Shown: positions 39,865 to 50,514, numbered from the stretch's first letter. The stretch is 64,000 nucleotides of DNA from an uncultured bacterium (GCA_963768625.1 CAVYIK010000003.1:625-64624), one strand, 5' to 3'. Translations and numbers: made by a program. The notes: generated by a model not told the origin, from the letters alone.

Positions 39865-40254
39865 TTAATGATGACCGCCTTCCTTTTCCAGCTCCAAGCA
39901 AACCGAATTGATGCAATAGCGCTTGCCGCCTTTTTCCTTCGGCCCATCGTCAAAGACATGCCCCAGATGCGCGCCGCAGTTCTTGCAAACGACCTCCGTG
40001 CGGTGCATGCCGTGGCTCGTGTCCTCGCGCAGTTCAATATGCTCCAAGTTCGCGGGCTCCGTGAAGCTCGGCCAGCCGGTGCCGGAGTCGAATTTGGTAT
40101 CGGACGAAAAAAGCACGGCGCCGCAGGAAGCGCACTTGTACATCCCCTTCGCGTGCTCGTCCCAATATTTCCCGGTGAATGGCGCCTCGGTGCCGCCTTC
40201 CCGCATCACGCGGCGCTGTTCCGGGGTCAGATTTTTTTTTCCATTCGTCTCCAT
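39865..40254 (-). CDS. msrB: peptide-methionine (R)-S-oxide reductase
   Basis: [31 protein letters not shown], two CxxC pairs (CASCG, CKNCG), GWPSF, RTEVVC..HLGHVF. Confidence 0.9.
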   Translation of the reverse strand: METNGKKNLTPEQRRVMREGGTEAPFTGKYWDEHAKGMYKCASCGAVLFSSDTKFDSGTGWPSFTEPANLEHIELREDTSHGMHRTEVVCKNCGAHLGHVFDDGPKEKGGKRYCINSVCLELEKEGGHH

Positions 40255-40257
40255 TGA

Positions 40258-41324
40258 TAAATTATAGCAGCCGCTCACGTCGCGGACGGTGAGAAGCACC
40301 ATTAAAAGGATGAGAAGCGCGAAACCGACGCCGTTGATCCACGCCTCCACTTTGTACGGGATCGCCGAACCCTTTATTTTTTCAATGATGGCAAATAAGA
40401 ACCGGCCGCCGTCAAGCGCCGGGAATGGGATGAGGTTCACGATCGTAAGGTTGAGCGAGATCACGCCCAAGAAGCTGGAGAAGATAGACAAGGCCGATGC
40501 TGCCCCGCTTCCTCGGCAACCCCGAAGATGCCCACCGGGCCCACGACGCCCGGCAGAAGCGAAGCGTGCGCGAAAAGCTGGACGATCAATTGATAAAACG
40601 CCTGGAGCGTGAGCCACAGGATGATCGCGGCATTCAATGAAGCCGTCCCGCAGGGCCGCAAAGAATCCTTCGCGCGGTTGCCCGGCCTCTTCGGAGCGCC
40701 ACGCCTATCGCGCCCTCGTTCGGCGCCGGTCTGTCACGCGCGGGACGAGCGTTGAAGTCAATCTCTTTATTGTTGCGGATAACCGCGATCGTGGTCGCCT
40801 GCCCGCGGTGGGCATTTATAAAACCGATGAAGCTCTGCGCCGTCGTGAAGTTCTTCACGACGTCGCCCGTCATGATGCCCGCCTGCGCCGCGGGCGATCC
40901 GGCTTCCACGCCCTGATCACAAGCGCCTGCGGCGCGCCGATCATGAGCACCGCCGAATACGAAAAGCCATCCGAGGAGGAAATTCATGAACACCCCCGCG
41001 AGCATGATCACGCTCTTTTTCCACGCGGGCTGGGTATAGAAAAGGCGCGAGGCGTCCTCGCGCGTTCCTCGTGCTGCGCCGCTCCGGACTCACCATTTCA
41101 AATTCTCCCCGCTCGCCGCCGATCCTCACGAACCCGCCGAACGGCAGCCAGTTCACGCTGTATTCCGTATCGCCCTTTTTCCATGCCGTGATCCGCGGCG
41201 GGAAGCCGAAGCCGAACTCGTCCACCTTCAGGCCGAACACTTTTGCCGCAAAAAAATGGCCGGCTTCATGGCCGAGGATGAGGAGCGAGAGGCCGACGAT
41301 GACGAGGATGACGATGAGCATCAT
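40258..41324 (-). pseudogene. rseP: RIP site-2 metalloprotease (RseP/M50 family), 2 frameshifts
   Basis: HEAGHFFAAK (HExxH, 40941..41324), PDZ part AGSPAAQAGIMTGDVV (40634..41011), and C-terminal [13 protein letters not shown], which lies in the 5' part of ORF 39865..40617. Confidence 0.8.
40261..40266 (-). promoter_or_regulatory. -10 box TATAAT 6 nt upstream of msrB ATG, inside the rseP 3' end
   Basis: Minus strand reads gcTATAATttatcaATG. Confidence 0.4.
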
Positions 41325-41336
41325 CGATCATACGAA

Positions 41337-41897
41337 TTATTCGCCGAGTTCGGTCAATTTCCCGTTCACCATCGCCTCCACTTCCCCGTTCGCTTTGTCC
41401 ACCGCTTTTTGGACTTTTTCTTTTGCTTTGAACGCCTCGTCTTCGGTGATCTCTTTTTTGCTCTCGGCATCTTTCAGCCGTTTCATTGTTTCGTCGCGCC
41501 GGGCGCGGATCTGGATGCGCGCGGCCTCGGCGGTCTTTTTGACGAGCTTGGTGAGTTCCTCGCGCCGCTCGTCGCCCAGGGGCGAAAGCGTCGCGAGGAT
41601 ATTATTGCCGTTGTTCGTCGTGGAAAGGCCAAGGTGCGCGTCCTCGATCGCCTTCATGACGGCGCCTACGGCATTCGGGTCCCACACGGTGATCTGGATG
41701 GTCCGCGGCGGAAGGATGCTCAAGGACCCGAGCTCGCGGATGGTAAGGGTCTGGTCGTAAAGGTTGATCTTTATGTCCTGGACCATGTCCGGCGACGGCC
41801 GGTTGCCGCGGAGCTGGCCGAAGTCCTGCTTCAACTTTCCCGTGATCGCCGCGAGTCCGGTTTCAAGATCTTTGATAAGTTGTTCTGATTTGGTCAT
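41337..41897 (-). CDS. frr: ribosome recycling factor
   Basis: 186 aa: LRGNRPSPDMV, ..ITVWDPN.., ..PLGDERREELTKLVKK..IRARR.. Confidence 0.92.
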   Translation of the reverse strand: MTKSEQLIKDLETGLAAITGKLKQDFGQLRGNRPSPDMVQDIKINLYDQTLTIRELGSLSILPPRTIQITVWDPNAVGAVMKAIEDAHLGLSTTNNGNNILATLSPLGDERREELTKLVKKTAEAARIQIRARRDETMKRLKDAESKKEITEDEAFKAKEKVQKAVDKANGEVEAMVNGKLTELGE

Positions 41898-41966
41898 GGA
41901 TCGGTGGAATTAAAATTTATCATCAATAAACTTCCAACTGCAGGCGCGGGTTCAAACCGAAATTCG

Positions 41967-42804
41967 TCACGTTCTCATAGAGCGTGAGCGTTTTGTGCCA
42001 GAGCGCCGCCTTGCCTTTGACGGTTTCTCCCACGCAAGGATTATTATAACCGCATCCAGGAAATTGCGTAAATTGAACTCGTCGGGCTCAATAAGCTTCT
42101 TTATGAAGTCGCGGCGGCCCGCAGGCGCGGTTTTCAGGAACTTCTCCGCAAGTTCAAGCGCTTCCTGGAATGCTTCGTCGTGCAGCAGCCGCCAAGCGAG
42201 GCCCGGTTTGCCGAGCGCTTTTTTCGCGATCGCCGCCGCGTCGATCTTCCCGTCGGCTTCCCCGGCCGCTTTCCCGTATTCGCGAGCCATTTCGCGATCT
42301 CCGCCTCCGGCACCGCGCCGAAATGGATCTTCTGCAGGCGCGAAAGGATCGTGGGCATAATGCCGTCGAGATCGGAAGCGACCACGATCAGAAGCGATGA
42401 TGCGGGCGGCTCCTCGGTGATCTTAAGAAGTGCGTTCTGCGCTTCGGTCGTCAGAAGTTCCGCTTCATCAATGATAAGCGTCCGCTTCGGGCTCACGTTC
42501 GGCCTCTGCCAGAGAAAGTTCTTTATCTCGCGGACAGCGTCAATACTGATGGAATCCTTCAGTTCTCGGTCGAGCTGCTTCGCAAATGCAAGATCGATCA
42601 ACTTCGCGTCCTGCAGGATTTCGTTCGCCGGCGGGCACGGCTCGAATTCCCCTTTTTCAAGGAAATGCGCGAGCGCCTGCGCCACGGTCCGCTTCCCCAC
42701 CATCGCCGGTCCATAGAAAATATACCCGTGCGAAAGCGCTTCCCTCTTGGCAAGCTTCTGAGGTCTTCAATTATTTTCCCGTGTCCCAAAACCCTCGGCA
42801 TCAA
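41967..42804 (-). pseudogene. holB: DNA polymerase III delta' subunit (2 frameshifts)
   Basis: Fragments 42598..42804, 42134..42703 (GKRTVAQALA.., LIIDEAELLTTEAQNALLKITEEPP, SRLQKIHF) and 41967..42290. Confidence 0.75.
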
Positions 42805-42805
42805 T

Positions 42806-43813
42806 TTATCGCTTATTGAGCAATGTCCGCTTGTAGGTATCCAAATGGTTCAGAATGAGCCCCGTGCCTTTTGCGACGCAGAACAGCGGGTCTTCGGCCA
42901 CGTAGGCCTGCACACCCAAGAACCGCTCAAAGAATTCCGGCATGTGATGGAGCTGGACCGAACCGCCGGATAAGATGATCCCTTTTTCCATGATGTCCGC
43001 CACAAGCTCCGGCGGCGTGACATTGAAAACGCTCTGGATCGAGCTTGCGATCTCGACGAGGAGCGGGTTCAGGGCTTCCGCGATCTCGTTTGAGTTGATC
43101 GTAATGTCCTTCGGGAGCCCCGTCACGAGGTCGCGCCCGCGGATCTGGTATTCCATCTTTTCCTTCGTCGGCATCGCCGAACCGATCTCAATCTTCACGT
43201 TCTCCGCCGTCTGCTCGCCGATCGCAAGCGCGTATTTCTTTTTCACATAGTCCATGATCGCCTGGTCGAACTTGTTGCCCGCGATGCGTAAGCTGTTCCA
43301 CGAAACAATGTTGCCGAGCGCGATCACGGCCTGCTCCGATGTTCCGCCGCCGATGTTGATGATCATGTTGCCCGAACGCGCGTTGATCGGGATGCCGGCG
43401 CCGAGCGCCGCGAGGATCGGTTCGCGGACGATGAACGCGTTCCCCGCGCCCGCCTCGCGCGCGGCGTTCATCACCGCGCGCCGCTCGGTCTGCGTGATGC
43501 CCGCCGGCACCGAGATGACGACATCCGGCTTCACAAGATTGAACCATCCGGTCGCTTTGGAGATGAAATACGTGAGCATCGCCTTCGTGATGTAATAATC
43601 AGCGATAACGCCGTCCTTGAGCGGGCGGTAAGCCACGATCTCGTCGGGCGTGCGGCCGATCATTTCCTTCGCTTCGGAGCCCACCGCAAGGACCGTATTA
43701 TCGGGCCGCGTCAAGGCGACGATCGTCGGTTCGTTGATGATAAAGCCCTTTCCCGGCACAAAAACGACGGTGTTCGCCGTCCCAAGGTCAATGCCGATTT
43801 TCTTGCCGAACAT
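42806..43813 (-). CDS. mreB: rod shape-determining actin homologue MreB
   Basis: 335 aa: IGIDLGTANTVV, ISVPAGITQTERRAV, NIGGGTSE, ILSGGS. Confidence 0.93.
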   Translation of the reverse strand: MFGKKIGIDLGTANTVVFVPGKGFIINEPTIVALTRPDNTVLAVGSEAKEMIGRTPDEIVAYRPLKDGVIADYYITKAMLTYFISKATGWFNLVKPDVVISVPAGITQTERRAVMNAAREAGAGNAFIVREPILAALGAGIPINARSGNMIINIGGGTSEQAVIALGNIVSWNSLRIAGNKFDQAIMDYVKKKYALAIGEQTAENVKIEIGSAMPTKEKMEYQIRGRDLVTGLPKDITINSNEIAEALNPLLVEIASSIQSVFNVTPPELVADIMEKGIILSGGSVQLHHMPEFFERFLGVQAYVAEDPLFCVAKGTGLILNHLDTYKRTLLNKR

Positions 43814-43819
43814 AGGAAT

Positions 43820-43825
43820 ATCTTA
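43820..43825 (-). promoter_or_regulatory. -10-like box TAAGAT 6 nt upstream of mreB ATG
   Basis: Minus strand reads caTAAGATattcctATG. Confidence 0.35.
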
Positions 43826-43881
43826 TGCGAAAAACAAGAAAAACGCTAGGGCAGGAATTGCCTTTTCGGATCCGAAGAGAT

Positions 43882-45199
43882 TCAGACTACCCGTCGGATG
43901 TCCGCGCCAAGCTGCCGCAAACGCCCGTCGATGTGTTCATAACCGCGGTCGATCTCGTCCACGCCGTCCACCTCGGAAACGCCGTCGGCAATAAGCGCCG
44001 CGAGAATGTCAAGCATGCCCGAACGCAGGTCGCGCACCGTAAGCTTCGCGCTCTTGAGCGGCGTCGGCCCTTCTATGGTTGCGTAATGAGAGAATCCCTT
44101 TCCGGCAAACCGGCATTCTTCTCCCTTGGGACAATCGGTTGAAACGTGTATCTTCGCCCCCATTTCGTTCAGGTCGTTCGCATATCCGAAGCGCTCTTCA
44201 TAGATCGTTTCATGGATGGTGCGATGTGCCATCCGCCTGCGTGAGGAGCGCGCAGAGCGGCTGCTGCCAGTCGGTCATAAAGCCGGGATGGCTCGCGGTC
44301 TCTTCGGAAAGCGCGCTTGAGCGATCCCGTCCGCCAGAATGCGATGCCGTCGTCCGTCACTTCGTATTCCGCGCCCAATCCGCCGCACGGCGTTCAAAAA
44401 CGTGATGAGGTCGTCCTGGCGGGCCTCTTTCACGAGGATCCTTCCGTTCGTCGCGATCGCAAGACAAGCGAACGAAACCGCTTCGTTCCGGTCCGGTATG
44501 ATCCGGTGTGTCACGCCGTGCAATTTCTTCACGCCTTCCATCGTGATCGTCCGCGGCGGGGCAAGTTCAATGATGGCGCCCATCTTCTGGAGCATTTTGA
44601 TGAGATCAATGAGCTCCGGCTCAAGCGCCGCATTTTTGATGATCGTCTTCCCTTCCGCGAGCACCGCCGCAAGGATGGCATTCTCGGTGGCGCCGACGCT
44701 GGGGAATCGCAGTTCTATCTCCGCGCCACGCAGGCCGTGCTTCGCCCATGCACGATAGCTATCCTTTGTGATCTCAAGCTGCGCGCCAAGCTTCGCGAGC
44801 GCTTCCAGGTGGATGTCCACCGGGCGCGGCGCCGATCTTATCGCCACCCAGAATCGGCACTTCTGCCTCGCCTGCGCGCGCAAGGAGCGGCCCCAGGGCC
44901 AGGATCGGAATGCGATTTCGGCGGGAGAGCTGCAGCACGCGGCTGTTTTTTATAATCGGCGTATGGATCCGCGCCGTGGTGCCCACGATCTCCACCTCGC
45001 TGCCGATGGTCTTCAAAAGTTCAACAATGATCTCCACGTCCCCTATCTCCGGCATGTTCTCAAGGAAACACGGCTCGTCGGTTAGAAGCGACGCCACCAT
45101 CATTTTGGAGACAGCGTTCTTCGCGCCGGCGAGTTTGATCTCGCCGAAGAGCGGCTTGCCTCCTTTGATCACGAATTCCCATGGAATTTTTCTCGCCAT
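43882..45199 (-). pseudogene. murA: UDP-N-acetylglucosamine 1-carboxyvinyltransferase (2 frameshifts)
   Basis: N-terminus MARKIPWEFVIKGGKPLFGEIKLAGAKNAVSKMM lies at the tail of ORF 44774..46522. The middle is 44275..44883 and the C-terminus 43882..44232 (..GYEHIDGRLRQLGADI). Confidence 0.85.
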
Positions 45200-46522
45200 A
45201 TAAAGTCGGCCAACTTGTCGATCGCGATCCGTTCCTGCTTTCCCGTGTCGCGGTCGCGGACCGTCACGTATCCTTGATTTCTTGTCGTCCCCGTCACCGA
45301 GCGTTTCAAAATCAACCGTAATGCAATACGGCGTGCCGATCTCGTCCTGTGCGTAATAGCGCTTCCCGATGTTGCCACGGTCGTCCCATGCGACCATAAA
45401 TTTCTTGCGGAGATTGTCGTAAATTTTTCGCGCCGCTTCGACGAGCTGTGGCTTGTTCGCAAGGAGCGGGAAGACGGCCGCCTTATACGGCGCGAGGCGC
45501 GGCGGGAGTTTGAGGAACACGCGATCGCCGTCCTCGGCATAAGCGCTCAAAAGCATCGCAAGCAGCGTCCTGTCAACGCCGAGCGACGGCTCGATCACGT
45601 GCGGCCAGAATGCCTCGCCCGTCTGTGCATCGCGGTACGGCGCTTCGGCAAAATGATTCTTCAGGTCAAAATCGGTGCGATAGGCCAGGCCATACAGCTC
45701 TTTTTGCCCGAAAGGATATTCAAATTCAAAGTCAATCGTCCGCTTGGAATAGTGTGCGCGGTCACCTTCTCCTATTTCCGATTCGTGCACTTTTTTCGCA
45801 TCAATGCCTACCTCCTTTATCCACGCGATCATCTCTTTCCGCCACATTTCAAAATAATCCTTCCAATCCTCATCGCGGGCAGGCGCCGGAATGAAATATT
45901 CTATTTCCATCTGTTCAAACTCGCGCGTGCGGAAAATGAAATTGCCCGGCGTGATCTCGTTCCGGAATGCTTTCCCGACCTGCGCGACGCCGAACGGCAA
46001 CTGCCTCCGGGTCGTATCTAGGATATTCTTGAAATCCACGAATATCCCCTGCGCCGTCTCTGGGCGGAAATACGCGATGTTTGCCTCCTCCTCTGCCGGG
46101 CCCACGAAAGTCTTGAACATTAGGTTGAACTGGCGCGGTCCGGTGAACATGTTCTTCGCCCCGCAGTTCTCGCACGGCTTTTTTACGTCAACCTGGTCGG
46201 CGCGAAACCGCGCATGACACTTTTTGCATTCCACGAGCGGATCGGCAAATCCCGCCGAAAGGTGCCCGCTCGCTGCCCACACCTTCGGGTTCATGATGAG
46301 CGCCGCATCAAGGCCCATCATGTCGTCGCGCCGGTGCACGAACCGGTCCCACCATAAATTCTTTATGTTGTTCTTGAGCTCCACGCCGAGCGGCCCGTAA
46401 TCCCAGGAGTTCGCGAGCCCGCCGTAGATCTCCGAGCCGGGGAACACGAACCCGCGTCGCTTGGCGAGCGAGACGATCTTGTCCATCAGATTGTCTTTTT
46501 GTGATTCTTTTTTTGCAGCCAT
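45169..46522 (-). CDS. glyQS: glycine--tRNA ligase, dimeric class II type (one frameshift near 45290)
   Basis: IVSLAKRRGFVFPGSEIYGGLANSWDYGPLG, FRNEITPGNFIFRTREFEQME. The C-terminal ..VTVRDRDTGKQERIAIDKLADFI.. is in ORF 45169..45540. Confidence 0.88.
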
Positions 46523-46523
46523 G

Positions 46524-48440
46524 TTATTGCGTCACGCGCCGGTCAACGCTCGAGGGCACGGTCGCGTCATCCGGCAGGTCGGTTGTGATCGCCCCATCCG
46601 ACGCCTGGAGCGTGGAACTTGTAAACGCGTCCACCGCCTGGAGCGTCGTCTGTCCCAAGAGCGTCACCGATTGTCCCACTTGGTTCACCGCCGGCGTGTT
46701 TTGCACTTGGATAACGGCCTCGGCCGGCGGACCGGTGATGCCCGTCGTCGCGGGAACGGTCGGGATGGTCCACGTCACAAGCCCGCTTGCCGCATTGCAT
46801 GTGGGAGAGGTCGGCATATTGCTCTTTATCTGCCCCGTGCAGGTCGTTCCCGACTCGAGATACGCCGAAACGGTGACATTCTCCGCATCCGTGGCATAGT
46901 TCGTGATCTCCCAGTGGAGGGTATACTGCGTCGTCTGGTTCACTTTCGGCGGATAGGGTCCGGAATTGAGGATGCCCGAAGCGGCATCGCGCCAATATCC
47001 TTTCGCCGCGAGGGAGATCGCTCCACCCACCTGGTTCTCCGCGCTTATCGCAGAAACGGTGGAGCTCGCTGTCGTGCCGGACGGGACTGTCGCCGAAGAG
47101 ATCTGCGCGCTTACCTTGAGCGTATAATTCTTGTCGCTTAAAAGCCGGATGGGATAGGACGATTTTGCCCTCACTTGGAAGCTCACCGAGCCCGACTGCC
47201 CCGGCGCCAGGTTCAAAAGCTGCGGCGTGTTCGCCCCGTACCACGTCACGGTGTTCGTGATGGAACTGAATGACCCATTCGTCTGTAGCGACGAGAGATC
47301 AAACATGGCACCGACGAGCGCCGCTTTCACGGTCATGTTCTGGAAGGTCACGTTGGAGTTATTGACATAGGTGATGACGTAATTCAGTTCGTCGCCCGGA
47401 TGCGCAATGGAATTGCTCGCATTGTTGAGCGCGATAGAAAGCGAGAGTGGCGAAGAGCTGATCGCAAGGTTCGCCGTCTGGCTCGTGAGCGCATAGGTTT
47501 CCCCGCTCACCTGGCCGGTGAAATTGCCCGCAAGCGCATAGGTGGCATTCTGCGGCCCCACCACGTTGCCGGTGACGGTGAAACTGCCGCTTCCGGCCGG
47601 CGGGATCGTCCCGAAGTTCCACGTGTTGTTCCCGGCGCTCGCGGGCGGCATCGTGCTTCCCGTAAAGGAATAGACGGGAGGATATTGCAGGGCGAGCTGC
47701 ACGTTATTGAAACTGTGTGAAGTATTGTTGTTGTAGGTGATGACGGTCTGGAAGTCCTGGCCGCTGAACACGTCGGTCGGCGGGGTGATGTTCAAAGAAA
47801 TGGCCGGGCCGCCAACCACGAGGTCCGCGCCGCCATCCGTCTCGAACTGCGTCTTTGGAGCTGCGTCCGTGCTGTAGATGAGTTTCGTATCCACGTGCTG
47901 GATGCTGTTCGGGCCACCTGTCACGATCAGGTTGGAAGTCTTCTCGCCGTTATACTGATAAATACTGCCCGGACCGACATCGCCAATTGCCCACTCTACC
48001 ACCCGCTGACCCGACGACTGCCCCACGAAAGAAACATTATCGGGAAGTATGATGGAGAGCATGGCGCCCTTCAGGATATTCGAGGAATAGTTGGTGAGCG
48101 AAATGCTCAGGGGGAACGGATCGCCCACGAGCGCCTGGTCTGGCTTCGTGAACCCAATGCTTACGTTCGGGCCTGCCGGCGGCCTCAAAAGGAACCAGTA
48201 AAGCAATCCTCCGAGAAGCAGCACGGCGAAAACGACCACGAACCATAGAGCAGCGTGGCTTTGCTTCGGAGCATCCTCTTCATCGGCAACGGCTCGGAGT
48301 GGCCGCAGGGGCGGCGGCGGCTTCGGGGAAGACGTGACCACTGGAGCCGGTGCGGCGGGCGCTCCGGCTTTCACGGGCGGGTCGTACACGGCCTGCTTCT
48401 TCTTGCTGTCCCAGATCGAGTTCGGATTATACTTGGGCAT
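46524..48440 (-). CDS. large membrane-anchored surface protein with DUF11-like repeat domains
   Basis: 638-aa intact ORF with a P-rich N-terminus, a TM (ALWFVVVFAVLLLGGLLYWFLL) and repeated beta-sandwich-like segments (..Y.I.Y.NNS....N..). Confidence 0.55.
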   Translation of the reverse strand: MPKYNPNSIWDSKKKQAVYDPPVKAGAPAAPAPVVTSSPKPPPPLRPLRAVADEEDAPKQSHAALWFVVVFAVLLLGGLLYWFLLRPPAGPNVSIGFTKPDQALVGDPFPLSISLTNYSSNILKGAMLSIILPDNVSFVGQSSGQRVVEWAIGDVGPGSIYQYNGEKTSNLIVTGGPNSIQHVDTKLIYSTDAAPKTQFETDGGADLVVGGPAISLNITPPTDVFSGQDFQTVITYNNNTSHSFNNVQLALQYPPVYSFTGSTMPPASAGNNTWNFGTIPPAGSGSFTVTGNVVGPQNATYALAGNFTGQVSGETYALTSQTANLAISSSPLSLSIALNNASNSIAHPGDELNYVITYVNNSNVTFQNMTVKAALVGAMFDLSSLQTNGSFSSITNTVTWYGANTPQLLNLAPGQSGSVSFQVRAKSSYPIRLLSDKNYTLKVSAQISSATVPSGTTASSTVSAISAENQVGGAISLAAKGYWRDAASGILNSGPYPPKVNQTTQYTLHWEITNYATDAENVTVSAYLESGTTCTGQIKSNMPTSPTCNAASGLVTWTIPTVPATTGITGPPAEAVIQVQNTPAVNQVGQSVTLLGQTTLQAVDAFTSSTLQASDGAITTDLPDDATVPSSVDRRVTQ

Positions 48441-48945
48441 TTCCTAGTAATAGTAGCTCATGTGGGTCCAATTTTAAAGCGCAGGCGGTACAAAAAAATT
48501 CCTGCTGCGGGATGAAAAATGCGCCTGCCTTTTTGCCGCATGCTCCGCACGACGCCCCGCGCGGATCCCAACCGAGGATCCGCAGAACTTCCTGCCAGGA
48601 AAAACGGTCTGCAGTAATGGCTTCCCAGAGGGTGGCGTCCGGTTCTCCGGCGCCGAGCATCGCGTTCAAGAAATGAAGGTCACCCACGGATAGCGCGAGC
48701 TTCCCGCTCTTCAAGGCATCCGTGATCTGTGTCCCGTTGCCGTTCTCCCCGTTCCGCTCCACGAAGCGCACTTGCGTGAGCGTCCCCGGCTCAAGATGCC
48801 CCGCCAGCTTTGAAGTAACCTTGCGGGCGCTCGTCGCCTTCCCGGCGATCTTCCCGAATCGCTTCGTAAAAGAATAGTAGCGCGCGTCAAAATCCCGGAG
48901 GGGCGTTTTCTCAAGAACGACCGCGTCGGTAACGTATTCGCGCAT
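48427..48945 (-). CDS. recO: DNA repair protein RecO (short form)
   Basis: MREYVTDAVVLEKTPLRDFDARYYSFTKRFGKIAGKATSARK.. (OB fold) and a C-terminal CGACG..CTAC zinc finger. Confidence 0.75.
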   Translation of the reverse strand: MREYVTDAVVLEKTPLRDFDARYYSFTKRFGKIAGKATSARKVTSKLAGHLEPGTLTQVRFVERNGENGNGTQITDALKSGKLALSVGDLHFLNAMLGAGEPDATLWEAITADRFSWQEVLRILGWDPRGASCGACGKKAGAFFIPQQEFFCTACALKLDPHELLLLGNAQV

Positions 48946-48948
48946 CTT

Positions 48949-49326
48949 TTATTTCCCCAACATGATTATCCGCTTATCAAACCCTCCCCGTTTCTCGCGC
49001 TTTTCCTTTTGAATAGCGATGATGTCCTCAATGGTCTCTTTCTTCAGTTCAAGTATCGCGTATATCAGCTCGAAAATATCGGCCAATTCTTCCTCCAGAT
49101 TCCCCTCTTTTATAGCACCCCTCAACTCCACTGATTCCTCAATCATTTTCTTGAGCAGATAGTCCAAGAACTCGCTATCATCGAAAGCGATCTTCGTCGG
49201 AACGTCTATGCCTTCTTTCTGCTTTATGATCTGCGGTATCTTGTCGCGGACAAGCTTCGGGTACTCGCTTTCAACCTTGAGGTTCGTATGCTTGAAATCC
49301 ATACGGTGATTATAGCACCCCTTCAT
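48949..49326 (-). CDS. MazG-like nucleoside triphosphate pyrophosphohydrolase (small all-alpha type)
   Basis: YPKLVRDKIPQII.., EESVEL..EEELADIFELIYAI.., KRGGF. AT-richer than its surroundings. Confidence 0.65.
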   Translation of the reverse strand: MKGCYNHRMDFKHTNLKVESEYPKLVRDKIPQIIKQKEGIDVPTKIAFDDSEFLDYLLKKMIEESVELRGAIKEGNLEEELADIFELIYAILELKKETIEDIIAIQKEKREKRGGFDKRIIMLGK

Positions 49327-49345
49327 TTTGCAATGCCGATGGTCT

Positions 49346-49351
49346 TATAAT
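49346..49351 (+). promoter_or_regulatory. -10 box TATAAT 6 nt upstream of ATG 49358
   Basis: cTATAATttccccATG. Confidence 0.4.
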
Positions 49352-49357
49352 TTCCCC

Positions 49358-49717
49358 ATGCCCAACCCTGGATATTTTCGAAAACGCCGAGAACGGCTCA
49401 TGCGAGAGGACCCGCACTGTCATTGGTGCCGGAAAAAATTAAAATTGTACCCCGACTATGGCAAAAACGGATTTAAGGCCATCCCCGAAGATTATGCCAC
49501 CATCGACCATCTTACTTCAGCGTTCATGGGCCCGAGGAAAAACGTCAACATGAAAACGCGCACCCTCGTTCTGGCATGCCCGCAATGCAATAACGCAAGA
49601 AACGTTTCGGAGACCAAACAGCATATCTGGTTGACACGGTGGAGATCCGGCTCATTTCCGTTCCCCCTGCGATGGTTCGGGGCATTACTTAAAAAATATC
49701 GGGCGTGGCTAACTTAG
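49358..49717 (+). CDS. HNH endonuclease
   Basis: CHWCRKKL..TIDHLTS..LVLACPQCNNARN (HNH with two Cys pairs). The track ORF starts at 49328. Confidence 0.75.
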   Translation: MPNPGYFRKRRERLMREDPHCHWCRKKLKLYPDYGKNGFKAIPEDYATIDHLTSAFMGPRKNVNMKTRTLVLACPQCNNARNVSETKQHIWLTRWRSGSFPFPLRWFGALLKKYRAWLT

Positions 49718-49727
49718 CATTACATTG

Positions 49728-49812
49728 TGCGCGGGAGAGGAGTCGAACCTCCAAGCCCTTACGGGCGCTACCACCTCAAGGTAGTGCGTTTAGCCAATTT
49801 CGCCACCCGCGC
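49728..49812 (-). tRNA. tRNA-Leu (anticodon GAG), long variable arm
   Basis: The reverse complement folds as GCGCGGG..D arm..CTACC-TTGAGGT-GGTAG..variable stem GCCC-GTAA-GGGC..GGAGG-TTCGACT-CCTCT-CCCGCGC-A. Confidence 0.85.
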
Positions 49813-49813
49813 A

Positions 49814-50464
49814 TTATAATCGTTTCCCCTCAATCGCAAGCGCTTTCTCAATCTTTTTACGCTTGCGAGAGAGACAAACCACATGCCGATTATAATACAA
49901 TTTTGGCAATAATTGCAACGAGTCAGCTTTGGCATATTTCACTTCGTACATAGGTGTTTTGCCAGCTATCGTCATATGGCCCTTGATATTTAATTTTTCA
50001 AAAATCTTAGCCCTGATCCATTCCATATGAACGCGGCTCGCCGAGAGAAAAACGGTATAAAACATGTAGCTTGAACGCCACCGCGGGTCCCAGTAGGAAT
50101 AGAATGTTCCATCGCCATCAAGGTGGCCGCGGAGAAAATCAAAGAGATATTCATCCGGTATTTTCACCGCTCCTATAATTTTCGTCTTGCGCGGCATGAG
50201 TCCAATATCAAAAAGGAAATTATAAAAGTTCACGTCGCCGAATTGGATTCGCATAGCTCTCTTCTTGAGATAACCGCTTGTTTTAAATCCGATCTTCGTC
50301 TCGATGCCTAAGCACTTCCTGAAATTTAACAATTGTTCTTCGTCATTGGAAGTGAGGTCTATATGCCGCCCGTCCGACGACAGGCATCCATCCGTCACCA
50401 AAAGCCCTATCGCGTACGCGAATTCCGGCGACCATTCGATCTTCACTTTGCCAAGCGGATTCAT
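49814..50464 (-). CDS. free-standing LAGLIDADG homing endonuclease (two-motif)
   Basis: FAYAIGLLVTDGCL and FDFLRGHLDGDGTF. AT-rich. The stop codon is 1 nt from the tRNA-Leu 5' end. Confidence 0.8.
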   Translation of the reverse strand: MNPLGKVKIEWSPEFAYAIGLLVTDGCLSSDGRHIDLTSNDEEQLLNFRKCLGIETKIGFKTSGYLKKRAMRIQFGDVNFYNFLFDIGLMPRKTKIIGAVKIPDEYLFDFLRGHLDGDGTFYSYWDPRWRSSYMFYTVFLSASRVHMEWIRAKIFEKLNIKGHMTIAGKTPMYEVKYAKADSLQLLPKLYYNRHVVCLSRKRKKIEKALAIEGKRL

Positions 50465-50514
50465 GGAAAAACCCTACCAAAATGATATTAAATAAAGATA
50501 AAATAAACATTAAA

